DNA from: Anthoceros angustus
Taxonomy: Eukaryota > Plantae > Anthocerotophyta
Length of the DNA: 41,428 nucleotides
Assembly (NCBI GenBank): GCA_010909165.1
Contig: VJWM01000356.1
Coordinates: forward strand, 1 to 41,428
Direction: 5' to 3'
Under the pieces are notes generated by a model that saw nothing but the letters and a program-made list of their open reading frames with translations, was not told where the DNA came from and did not search any database. Both the position numbers and the translations under genes were made by a program. This document shows, piece by piece, positions 1 through 10,559 of this stretch (position 1 is the first letter of the stretch; every line of letters begins with the position of its first letter).

Positions 1-420
1 AAGGAACGTGTGGATTGCTTGGGCAAGCATTTGACATGAACATGATGACCGTTGTTTAGCTACCGGAGTCGCTACCAACTTCAAACCAAGAAGGCGGGTT
101 GAAGCGCTGGTTCGGTGGACAAAGGCATTCCAAAGACTCGATCTCAACAAGAGAAGGTGAGTTTGAGGCAAGGAGAGTAAGCCGAGAGGAAGCGCAAGCC
201 ATCTACCACACACATGAGTGGTTAACAGCATCGAGTTGAAGAGCAATCCAACGGCCACTAAAGGAGTTGTTGGAGGCATCGCGACATGTGTTTGCTTTCA
301 CGCTTGCGGAGATGGGGAAGTATACCAAAGGGAAGTTCCACATAGAACTAATCAAGGATGAACCAGTGTTCCGCAGAAGGCACAGGCTCACTAAGGCAAG
401 AAGAAAATGGCGAGCAACCG
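1..420 (+). pseudogene. Fragment of a second copy of the DNMT-carrying Gypsy pol: methyltransferase C-terminus (LLGQAFDMNMM) plus linker/start of RT region
   Basis: Positions 1-~400 are colinear with and highly similar to 10260-10650 (ggaacgtgt..attgcttgggcaagcatttgac.tgaacatgatgac; gagatggggaagta.accaaagggaagttccacatagaa). Confidence 0.85.
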
Positions 421-494
421 GCTGGGGGGGAGAGTAGTCCACATGACAGGCGCATGAGGATGCTGAAGACAAGCCTCCACTCATGGACAAGGTT

Positions 495-600
495 CATAAC
501 CTGGACGACATTCTGAGATTGGTTTTGTGCACAATGCACTACATGAGGTGACGTAGTTCTACTAATGATAATGTTTTGACTTAGAGTCTCACATTATCGT
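495..600 (+). pseudogene. PHD-finger tail and 3' UTR of the second Gypsy copy, joined to the RT start by a large internal deletion
   Basis: gacgacattc..gattggttttgtgcacaatgcactaca (DDI..DWFCAQC) matches 13238-13282; the following sequence matches 13290-13345. Confidence 0.8.
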
Positions 601-607
601 GGGGGAT

Positions 608-1214
608 TGTAATTTATATATCTCACAGACAGATTTGTTTGCTTGGTTGTTGGTCGAGGAAGTGCTTATATGAATTCAAGTGCTTACCGCGCGACACCGT
701 CATGCCGCAGATACTAATCTCGCACTTGGGTTTAGTGTTTGATTAGCATTAATTAATCTAATTACTTATTAAGTAAGTAATTAGTGTTAATTAATCTAAG
801 TGCTTATGTTAATTAAGCCGCTGATTAGTGTTAATTAAACATGGTTAGCAATAGCTAAGTGGATAAGCTCAAGTAATATGCTTTGGCATATTCCTCATAT
901 ATTATAGTGTATCTTAGGATACAATAGCTTAAGTGGATAAGCTCAAGTAATATGCTTTGGCATATTCCTTGCATATTATAGTGTATTCTTAGGATATTTC
1001 GCATATGTCCGATGCCAATAGGATATCTTAGGAATATGCCGATGCAGGTCTAGTATATAGACCTTCCATTGAGGACAGCATCATAGCTTGTCCTCTAGAT
1101 ATGCAATGCAGCGCGTGAGGAGGCCATGACCCGAGAGCCGATGCGTGATAATTGCGTGTTGTTCTCGTGGGAGAGTGTGTTTGTGCCACGACGCTAGCTA
1201 CTCCCCGTTGTTAC
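608..1214 (+). repeat. 3' terminal repeat (blocks A+B) of the second Gypsy copy
   Basis: Preceded by ggggga (PPT-like). Block A 608-696 matches 13347-13438. Block B 698-1214 matches 5731-6207 and 13445-13930. Confidence 0.85.
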
Positions 1215-3010
1215 CTCTGCCCCGCCTTTCCGTCCTGTGAGGCAATCATCCTGACCGCAATCCATCGCTTGTAGCCCTGCTTGCCTCACGCTGCAAAATG
1301 GTTGTCGCCCATACAACAAGTAGTATGGTGAAAATTGCTCAAGGTCGCTTGATTGCTCACCCTGCACTAGCACTAGGTATGGCATCCCTTCATCCCATGT
1401 ACGTCTCATTGAGACAATACGCAAGGCCCGCTTTGGTCCGCACTAAGCCGCTCAAAGAAGTCCATCGGCTGAGGATGATCTCTCTCGGTCGACGATGTCT
1501 AACATCAATCAAGCCTCCCCGCTACAAGTCTTGAAATTCCCCACGAATTCTTTTGCCCGCCGAGAACCTCCGCACATGCTCCATATCGACTAAGAACTAA
1601 GCCAAGAACGCCTTTATCGTAAGCCGAGAGTCACGCTTGGTAAGATGGCAACCTCGCACCACTTGCAAATGCTCCACCATTAGCATGACATGCTTGTTTC
1701 CGTGACGAGCCTCGCATGTCCGCATGAGATCCACACTCCACCTTGTAGAAGAGTCCTTGATCGCAGAGTGAAGTCACAACATCATTGGTCGGAACTGTTC
1801 TTCACTCGATCAAGACACTCTACATTCCGATCACCCTTTCCACATCTCCATACATCCTTGCCTGTATGTGTGGGCCCTCGAGCATGTCAGAGGTGCGCTA
1901 GCACCAAAATGCCCTAAGCCTTCATGCACCGGTGATGAGTCTCACCGTCCTCCTGATTGGGTACAATTATCTCCAAGTAATCACGACATACATTATGTCC
2001 TCCTTCCAATAGTACCGAGCCACCTTCTCGTAGCTTGGCGTGGCCTCGAGATGAAAGCCCTGTGGCACCTGCACCTTAGAAAGGTCACCGCTATTGCATC
2101 CGCCTGCATGTCCCCGACGGACGACCGCATACAAAGCGATGAGTGGAGGGTCTTTCAAGATCCCTCATGCAAGATGGCCAACATGGTATCTCGGACTACT
2201 CTCCCCACCGTTCGTCATCCGAATCTTGCCCGCCTCGTAGTGTCTTCAAGACGAGGTAGAGGATTCTCGACAACCCATCAAGATTAGAGTGAACTTCACC
2301 GGCTGTTCGGCGACTAAGTCATACTCAAGAATGAGAGCCACCCGCCGCCTTTCCCGTAAGCTTGTCGCTGGCCATCAACCAAAGGTGTTGATGGTCGGAT
2401 GATAAATCGATGTCCAAACAAGTACGACGAAAGTGTCCGATCACGCCCACGTTATTGCAAGACATTCTCCTTCATAGTGTAGTAGTTGGACCACCGTTGT
2501 TGTTCCGATCGGCATAGGCAATGACATGTTCTCTTCCTTGTCATTGATCTCGCCTAAGACGCCTCTGGCGCCGATTTCTTGCTCCAATCAATGTAAAGCA
2601 CGAACGCCATCAAGTTTGGATGACCAAGAATTAGCAAGCTCATGCCCTTCAACTCCATGAAAGCGACCTCCTCTTGAGTCCAACGCCAAGTCACCAACTT
2701 TAATAAGTCATTCAATGGTCAATCCTCCGCCATCCGCTGAATGAACTTCCTCAGTAACCGCCAACCCCAAAATGCCCTCAACTTCGAGATGTCAGCTATT
2801 CGAATGCCACGATTGCTCCACTTTGGTGGCATGCGCAGATCCCGCAGCGTGATCCAATGACCCAAATACAACACCTTGTCCTTCCAAATCGACACTTCTG
2901 GATGGGCCTTCAACCCACAAGCTACCTAGCAAAGATCGTCAAGATGTTGTAGATGCTCCTGAAAGGTATTGCTGAAGATGATGACATCATCAATGTAGCA
3001 CTTGCCAAAG
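1215..3010 (-). pseudogene. Inverted Gypsy pol fragment (RT C-half, RNase H, integrase core) of the same family
   Basis: Reverse complement matches 11060-12820: KCYIDDVIIFSNTF, DKVLYLGHWIT, YWKEDIMYV, HEGLGHFGA, TWDEGMPYLVL. Confidence 0.9.
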
Positions 3011-3012
3011 CA

Positions 3013-3592
3013 TCACACTCTCCCTACGAGAACAACACGCAAATTCCTCACACATCGCTCTCGGAGTCATAGCTTTGGCCTCCTCACAACGCTCGTGCAT
3101 TGCATATCTAGAGGACAAGCTATGATCTGAGCTTGTTCTCAATGGAAGGGTCTATATATACTAGACCCTGGCATCGGCATATTCCTAAGATATCCCATTG
3201 GCATGCCGTAAAATATCCTAAGAATACACTATAATATGCAAGGAATATGCCAAAGCATATTACTTGAGCTTATCCACTTAGCTATTGTATTCTAAGAATA
3301 CACTATAATATGCAAGAATATGCCAAGCATATTACTTGAGCTTATCCACTTAGCTATTGCTAACCATGTTTAATTGACACTAATCAATGCTTAATTAACA
3401 TAAGCACCTTAGATTAATTATCAGTAATCAATGCTTAAGTAACATAAGCACCTTAGATTAATTAACACTAATTACTTACTTAAAGATAAGTAATTAGATT
3501 AATTATCACTAATCAATGCTTAATTAACATAAGCATCTTGCTAATCAAACACTAAACCCAAGTGCAGAGATTAGTATCACACTAAGATGACA
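3013..3592 (-). repeat. LTR block B, minus orientation
   Basis: Reverse complement starts TGTCAT..gtgtgatactaatctctgcacttgggtttagtgtttgattagc and follows the 5731-6170 sequence. It abuts the middle of RT, so gag-PR-MTase is absent from this copy. Confidence 0.9.
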
Positions 3593-4363
3593 AAGGGATT
3601 CCCTCCTCCCCGAGTCCGGACCTCTGGGTCCACCGACTGGGTCCGGACTCTGGGTCCTACTCGAGTCCGGACCTAGGTTCGATTGCCTCGTCTGACCCTG
3701 GTCCGTGGAAGATCACATGTATACTAACCCTCCTCCGAAGTGTCGGGATGAACGATTTTTTTTGTTTTTGGTGAAGTGCTTTGGGAATTGTCCGGGTAAG
3801 GCCCTTTTATACAGAAATGGTCCTTGGCCCATGGTGATAATAATAATTTTTTGGGTCCTTTAGTTTTGACCCTGGATAGGTAGGTCAGAAATAGAGTCCT
3901 TGGGTTTTGGTGATTTTTGGAATAAGAGGTGTCTATATATGCTAGGAATGCCCACACTATGCCACAGTTGGGCAGTCAAGTGGGGAGGTGGCTAGCTCCA
4001 CCACGGTGGTCAAAAACGGACGAAGACTGGGGGAGTTTACAACCCTAGTGGCGAGCGGTTGCCACCGGAAAGAATCGAAGAAGAACACACCACACCGCGA
4101 GGTCGACTGTGAGAGAGCGTCTGAGTGCAGCAAGCCGGGCGACGCATGCAATCGCGCTTGGGCCACCACCGCTTTGTGTGTAGCGGTGGCGCAAGGCCGA
4201 CGTGCCAGCGGCGGCCGAGGAGGGAAACCACGCGAATCCTGCTGGGGGAAAGAGGCGCCTGAGGCGGGGAGGACCAGGGAGGAGCGAAGGAGCGCCAGGG
4301 TGGTGCTTTTCTCCACCATCGCTGCGGAGAGCCGAGGTTTTTTGAAGACGAAGGAGGAAGGAG

Positions 4364-5730
4364 ATGGTGCCTCAAGCCGCGTCAAATTACTCATGCAAAG
4401 GGCCCAACATGGACCATCGGAAGGTTAGAGCCGGCGTGCCTTGCAGAAGCCCGGAATTCATGGAAAAGAAATGTGCTACGACCAAAGATTGCAAGAGTGC
4501 CCGCCAATTGAGAACCAGGTCGCAAGAGGGCGACGCGAGGAAGAGGCCGCAAAATTGGGATTTGGGGCTCTTTCGAGCAGTGTATGGGCGAGAAGAATCA
4601 GAGGATGGGAGCCTGGTGATTGACCCCCAGAGGAAGAAGACCCTGAGAGCTGCAGCGGCCGCGCTCATGAAGCCTGGGGAAGTGAGGGTGAACAATGGAT
4701 GGGTGACTCGCCAACTCGTGTCTGTGCAGCTGGTGGGCTTGGCCAAGTGGATTTTGTGTTTCCTGCAGAACCGAAAGTTGGACCATATGGCGGATCACTT
4801 CCTGGTCTTTCTTCATGAAGTGGTTAAGGGCACACAAATCGATTGGGGGAGGATGATTTTTGAAAGAGCCTGTGAAGAGAAGGCGAATTGCTCCCTTCCC
4901 CTCGGCCCTCCTTGATTTCACCCTTTTGATTCATGTATTCACGATTCCGGTGCCTAAAGTTGGAGTCGGTCCGCTTCTTCATAGCCGGAAACCCCGAGAA
5001 CTAAGGTAGAGGAGGAGGAGGTAAGGAGGATCTGTGGAAGGATTCCAGCTTGGGAATGCGCCTCTAGAAGATTTAGATGAAGGTGGGAGGTTTCCAAGGG
5101 CAAGAAGTGAGGGCGCGACGATCGAATCTGGGGTCACAAAAGGGAAGAACAAAGCTGAGGAGGAACCCACAGCTACACCTAGGGTCACTGTCGAAATCCA
5201 GCAGACGGGTGAAGGAGGAGAAGAAAAGGGAGACGGCAGTTGTCCCCTCTGTGTGCAGGGGATGAGTCACGCCACTAGGGGAGGTTGAACGATAAAGGGT
5301 AGTTGCATCAACCCCTAGGAGAGGAAGGGCTAATTTTGGCACCGCGACGAGCTCAAGGACATTTTTGGCGACATCTCATTGACCCGCCCAAATCAAGTGG
5401 AGACAAGTGACACTGGCCAAGGAATTGTTGTGGAGGGGATACAGGAACAGCCCAATCTGGAATTCCAGTTCTTGACTCGGCCATGGCTCGACTCAAAGTG
5501 ACTCTTCGACAAAGTGCACCCATGGCTCACTTCCGAGTGCATGGGCAACAGGAGAAGTTGCTCAAGGAAAAGTTGGAGGGACTAGAGGGCGAGAACAAGG
5601 TGGCAGAGGACCGCAGACGAGAGTGCGAAGCGGCCCTCGACAAGGCGCAGGAACAGCTGAGGGCCATGTCCACCCAACATGAGGCCTTAGTGAATCAAGT
5701 CAAAGAGGCGCACGCTACGATTGAGGAGCT
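4364..5730 (+). pseudogene. Frameshifted retrotransposon-associated accessory ORF remnant with a coiled-coil C-terminus (unknown function)
   Basis: Successive + ORF pieces (NWDLGLFRAVYGRE...IDWGRMIFE; EKLEGLEGENKVAEDRRRECEAALDKAQEQL) truncated by the LTR at 5731. Short gggtccggac repeats lie at 3610-3680. No family recognised with certainty. Confidence 0.45.
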
Positions 5731-6207
5731 TGTCATGCCGTGTGATACTAATCTCTGCACTTGGGTTTAGTGTTTGATTAGCATTAATTAATCTAATTAC
5801 TTATCTTTAAGTAAGTAATTAGTGTTAATTAAACATGGTTATGTTAAGTGGATAAGCTCAAGTAATATGCTTTGGCATATTCCTTGCATATTAGTGTATT
5901 CATGGATACAATAGCTAAGTGGATAAGCTCAAGTAATATGCTTTGGCATATTCCTTGCATATTATAGTGTATTCTTAGGATATTTCCGGCATATGCCGAT
6001 GCCAATAGGATATCTTAGGAATATGCCGATGCCGTGGTCTAGTATATAGACCCTTCCATTGAGGACAAGCTCATCATAGCTTGTCCTCTAGATGCAATGC
6101 AAGAGCGAGGAGGCCAAAGCTATGACTCAGAGCGATGTGTGAGGAATTTGTTGTTCTCGTGGGAGAGTGTGTTTGTGCCACGACGCGAGCTACTCCCTCC
6201 TGTTACA
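5731..6207 (+). repeat. LTR block B (TGTCAT...TGTTACA), likely 5' terminal repeat
   Basis: TG...CA ends; tatata motif at ~6043; direct repeat of 698-1214 and 13445-13930. Confidence 0.9.
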
Positions 6208-6229
6208 AGCTATGATCTGTGTGTACACC

Positions 6230-6345
6230 AGATAGGCGACTAGGCTTAGTGTGATGCTAGGCGATGCTAGGCGCCAGCGATGCTAGGACGCTAGGCGATG
6301 CTAGGTGACGCTAGGCGATGCTAATGCTAGGCGAGGCCGCGAGGC
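6230..6345. repeat. Degenerate 10-bp tandem repeat (ggcgatgcta)n
   Basis: gatgctaggcgatgctaggc... repeated about 8-10 times. Confidence 0.85.
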
Positions 6346-6399
6346 GACGCCGCCTTAGCAAGCAGGAGGGACTCAAGTGTGCCCAAGGCTTGAGGCCCA

Positions 6400-6640
6400 G
6401 AGAGGACCAAGCCCAAGGCCAAGGAGAGGAGGAAGAAGCTAAGCCCAAGGCCAAGGAGAGGAGGCAAAGAAGCCCAAGTCCAAGGCCAAGGAGAGAGGCG
6501 AAGCCCAAGTCCAAGGCCAAGGAGAGGAGGAGAAGCCCAAGCCCAAGGCCAAGGAGGAGGCAAAGAAGCCCAAGTCAAGGCCAAGGAGAGGAGGCGAAGA
6601 AGGCAAGAAGCCCTACCAAGGAGAGGAATGAGGCCTCCAC
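6400..6640. repeat. Purine-rich ~30-40-bp tandem repeat (agcccaaggccaaggagaggagg...)
   Basis: caaggccaaggagag recurs about 7 times. Confidence 0.85.
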
Positions 6641-6776
6641 TGGCCTTTAAGGCCAACCAACCAAGGGAGAAACAAGAGTATTTTACTCTTGGGCCCCGGA
6701 TTCAAGGGATAAGGGAAGTGATAGACATGGGTCATCAGTCCATTTGATTTCACTTTCCAAAACTCCTAGTTAGCCG

Positions 6777-6829
6777 CACCCCATCCAGGTACTGATCCAC
6801 CCCACGGTGCTTAACTCGGAGTTCCTATG
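6777..6829 (-). other. 5S rRNA-derived fragment (internal Pol III promoter region); not a full 5S gene
   Basis: Reverse complement cataggaactccgagttaagcaccgtggggtggatcagtacctggatggggtg aligns by eye with recalled plant 5S CATCAGAACTCCGCAGTTAAGCGTGCTTGGGCGAGAGTAGTACTAGGATGGGTG. Confidence 0.7.
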
Positions 6830-6998
6830 CCTTTGCTATCCAACTCACCCAGCTCACATTTTGACAGATAGCCTGCAGAGTATTTCTATGCAATTTTAAC
6901 ATGCATAGATACTTAGAGGTTTCACTAATCACGATCTAAGATAGCGGGTGTGTAACCTTGATTAAGGGTTTGATCTAGCCACTAACCGCCTGGAGTGC

Positions 6999-8300
6999 AT
7001 GCTCGACACACTCGATCCGGACGGAGCTACCAACCAGCAAGTCCATCGAGCGAATTCAAGTCCCGACCAAGAGGGAGAAGTGCAAACACCTCGATTTTGG
7101 TACCACCGAAGGACGGAGGAACCCATGACACAATCAACAATCTTTGAAGGATCCGTGAGTGGCAACACACAAGACACGTTAGTGCTGCCGGACAACTCGG
7201 GAAGCGAGGAGGACTTGTCTCTTGGAGTCGTCAAGATGGGAGGAGACAAGGATCGAATGGAGTTGTTCACAGACGAGCGGCACCTTGCCACCGGAGGACT
7301 TCATCGAGAAGTACGGTGCGTGTGCGGAGATGGAATTGAAGACCGGATACACGAAGCGATACGGCTTCATCCAAATGCCAAGTACTTGGGGATGAAGCAT
7401 TGGCGTGCTATCAGAAAGGCACAGGCGTTGAGCGGCACATGGAGGACCAGGAGTAGGCTCAAGCTGGGAACCAAAGGCAGAGGCACCGACGATCCCATCA
7501 AGAGATGTTTGACATCTTCCTACCGGAGTTTCCTGCAAGCACGGATGAGAAGATCTCCGATGACACACTTCAAGATGAAGTCGCGAGACGAAGATGGCTT
7601 ATCAAGAATCGACCAGTTGGTACGTGACACCAAGATCATGAGTGACCGACCGCAGAGAAGTACTTGCATTGCCATATGCACGCATGAAGGTGCAACAAGC
7701 GGTGCACAAGACGAAGGGCAACACTACACCCTCAAGGAAGTGTACGAGATGGCAAGATAGGGCTCGACACTTTCTCTCGTCTGTGCAAGTGATTACTCCA
7801 AGACAAGTAGGAGTGGTGGACGACATGACCGACGCGGAGGTCGAGTGGAGGAGCTCGGCGACAAGCCACCCACAGCCCCAAGTGACGAGCCCCGTGAGGT
7901 GCCGAGGACGGACCATTCCCTCATGAGTGCGAGCATGCATTCGGAGGAGTCAAGGGTGAGGAGCCATGCCCTAGCTGTGGGAGGTACGGGCACAATGAAG
8001 CGGCATGTTGGGAGAAGCATCCGAATTGCGGCTCACGGGTTATCGAGCAGCAACCCCGCCAATGCATCTGCGTCAACCTCATCCACAAAATCAGCGAGCA
8101 AAGGCGCCGTGGAGGAGGCACTGCGAAGTCCCGTGGACAAAAGAAACGGGAAGCATCAAAGAAGACGATGGAGACGTGGCACGCCTTGCAAAGCTGGAGA
8201 AGTGCGGAAGGCGAAGATCAAGGAGAGCAGCAGTTCATCGAGGACGAAGAAGATGAGCACAAGCTTGGATACATGGCGATCGTGACCAGATCCAAGGGGG
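6999..8300 (+). pseudogene. gag: Gypsy gag (frameshifted) with CCHC zinc knuckle
   Basis: 253-aa ORF 6999-7760 followed by CPSCGRYGHNEAAC (CX2CX4HX4C) at 7967-8008. Confidence 0.75.
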
Positions 8301-8729
8301 AAGAAACCTCCGCAGCTACGAGAGAAGATAGCTCGAGGAAGAAGAGGATGTCTTGACACCGGTGGAAGACACGGAAGGAAGCTTGGATCCTCTTCCAACC
8401 TATGCCAAGATGCCAAAGTCGTTTGAGCCATTGCCAGAGCAACGTGGGAGCAACATCAAAGTCCAGTGGGCGATGGAGAAACCCATGCACAGATTGCTGA
8501 CGAGACGATGGCACAAAAGCTTCTGGAGATGCCATGTTTCAGCCTACAAGACATGGGGTTGAGCGTGAAGGAAGTCAGGGGTTTGACTCGGCGGATGTTG
8601 ACAACCCTTGAAGACGAAGCAAGTGTCGACAATGTGCCACAACAGGTGGCAATGATGTCATTGCTGACCTCGGAGCCAAGCATCTCTGTGGAGAAGCGTC
8701 GCACGAGTGGGAGTGGCTTTGGTCAACAA

Positions 8730-9110
8730 TCGGAGAGGCACATTGAAATCAATGGATTCGCACCAAGGAGGGTGTTGATTGACACCGGAGCACCGGTGAT
8801 CGTTGGAAGAAGAGTGAAGGAAGCGTTGGGTCTCCACCAAGAAAGGTTGAAGGAAACCAAGTGGAAGATCCAGATCATGGGACCACGGAGCATGTGTTGG
8901 GGTGACAAGGTACAAGGGTTTCATTCAAACCAAGAACAGCAGACTTCACCTTTGTCGAGGTACACCGCTTGGTCACCGATGCACACTTTGATGTCTTGCG
9001 AGGACGCTTTGTACAAACCTCGAGTCATGGTGGATTGTGGACGAGAGACTATCGACCAGCCGAGAAGCTGGAGCAAAACCGATGAACGGATTGCCCGCAT
9101 CCCTCTGCAT
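8730..9110 (+). pseudogene. Retroviral-type aspartic protease domain
   Basis: IEINGFAPRRVLIDTGA, with catalytic DTG at 8781-8789. Confidence 0.85.
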
Positions 9111-9425
9111 GCATAGGATCATGAGAACCTCATTGCTGCTCACCCGGTTTGGCGCCGTAGTGAAGGACACGCCATACGTGCTTGAACCTCTTGGCGTGTG
9201 TCTAACAACCGCAATTGACTGATGGAGGATTTCGACGAGGAGGAGGAAAACAAGCTAGGGTTGCAACCACCCTCGGAGGAGGTTCTTCAAGTCACGGACG
9301 GAGCGGTGACTGCAGCAATGAGCCGTGCAAAGGTGGAGGATGGTGCAAGAGGAGTCCTATGAGCCGAGAACTGTAAGTTCTTGCCTAGGGTTGAGCCTTT
9401 GTGACCTAAACACCTGTGTCATCAC

Positions 9426-10330
9426 ATGGCGACCTCGGAAGACGGCATAGTGCTCGTGGAACTCTTTGGAGGCATCGCACGCTTGGAAGTGCTAAAGTGT
9501 GGCATCAAAGTGCGAAGATACGTGCATTGTGACCCGGATCCAAAAGCAAGGATTGTGTCAGCGTAAGAGACTTGATGGGGAGTACCCCAACCGACGTGGA
9601 GTCGTGAAGGGTTACGGTACCGCCGATGGATGTTCGCATGATAGGGTTGTCCCATTTGAGTTGTCTTGGGCAACCGTGGACCTTGTCATCGCAGTTGGGA
9701 GTGTCAAGGACTATCCTCTGCAGTAAGGGTCAAGGTCTCAAGGATCCACGAACAGCATTGTTCTATGACTGATGAGGATCTTGCGCTTGATCCAAGGGCA
9801 AGAAAGGCCTTGTGGATACATGTTGGAGAATGTGCCAAGATGCATGAGCGTGAAGAAGCAAGTTCGGGAGGACTTTGCCACGATCCGAGGAGTGTTGGGT
9901 CGGAGCTTCTATTGGATGCGCTCAATTTGGTTCGAGGGCTCATAGGTTGAGGTCCATGTGGACTAACCTTGCTCCCTTGGAACATTTGAAGTGTGCGAGG
10001 TCGCTACCTAATCATGTTGTCAAGGATGTGCTAGCATCGGAAGGCATGCCCAACAAGTCATCAAGACCGACAAGCCGCCGCACTTCCGTGAACACGCTGG
10101 ACACCCCATGGCGGCTTGGCCAACCTTTGTGTCTAAGTCCAAGTCTTACGCCAGGAACCATGGGGGGTGTGACATGGCGAGGCCTTGGGAGAGCCAACAA
10201 CCACAGAGAGGAGTTGGCCATGGATTTGATGCCGAGCCACGAAGACACCGGAGTGACCGAAGGAACGTGTCGATTGCTTGGGCAAGCATTTGACGTGAAC
10301 ATGATGACTGGTTGTTTAGCTGAGTCGCTT
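9426..10330 (+). pseudogene. C5 cytosine DNA methyltransferase catalytic domain (DNMT3-like), frameshifted, embedded in pol between protease and RT
   Basis: Manual translation with 1-bp repairs gives motif I GIVLVELFGGIA..LEVLKCGIKVRRYVHCD (9444-9533), PMDVRMI, and motif IV VDLVIA(G)WECQGLSSA(G)KGQGLKDPRTALFYD (Cys 9702-9704). It continues with motif VI GYMLENV (ENV 9826-9834), motif VIII LLDA(A)QFGSRAHRLRSMWTNLAP (~9905-9975), and motif IX/X TE(R)ELAM..F...RLLGQAFDVN (~10200-10300). Confidence 0.92.
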
Positions 10331-10559
10331 ACCAACTTCAAACCAAGAAGGCGGGGTTGAAGCGCGGGTTCGGTGGGTGAAGGACATTCGCACTCGCATC
10401 TCAGGAGAAGGCGAGTTTGGAGGGCAAGGAGAGCGAGCACGTGAGGAAGCGTGCAAGCCATCCGAGCCACAACCACATGAGTGGTTAACAGCGTCGAGTT
10501 GAAGAGCAACAGCGCCGCCTAAAGGAGTTGTTGGAGGCATCGCGACATGTGTTTGCTTT

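Noticed and set aside
6318-6650. SR-protein-like ORF (RRRSPSPRPRR)
   Set aside because: Translation of a purine-rich tandem repeat; no RRM or gene structure.
6777-6829. Functional 5S rRNA gene
   Set aside because: Only ~50 nt of the internal region matches and it is diverged; the 5' and 3' stems are missing.
9426-10330. Interpretation as a host DNMT3/DRM gene or bacterial contaminant
   Set aside because: It is intronless, on the same strand and contiguous between protease and RT, and present at the same position in a second copy. Motif order is unpermuted (not DRM).
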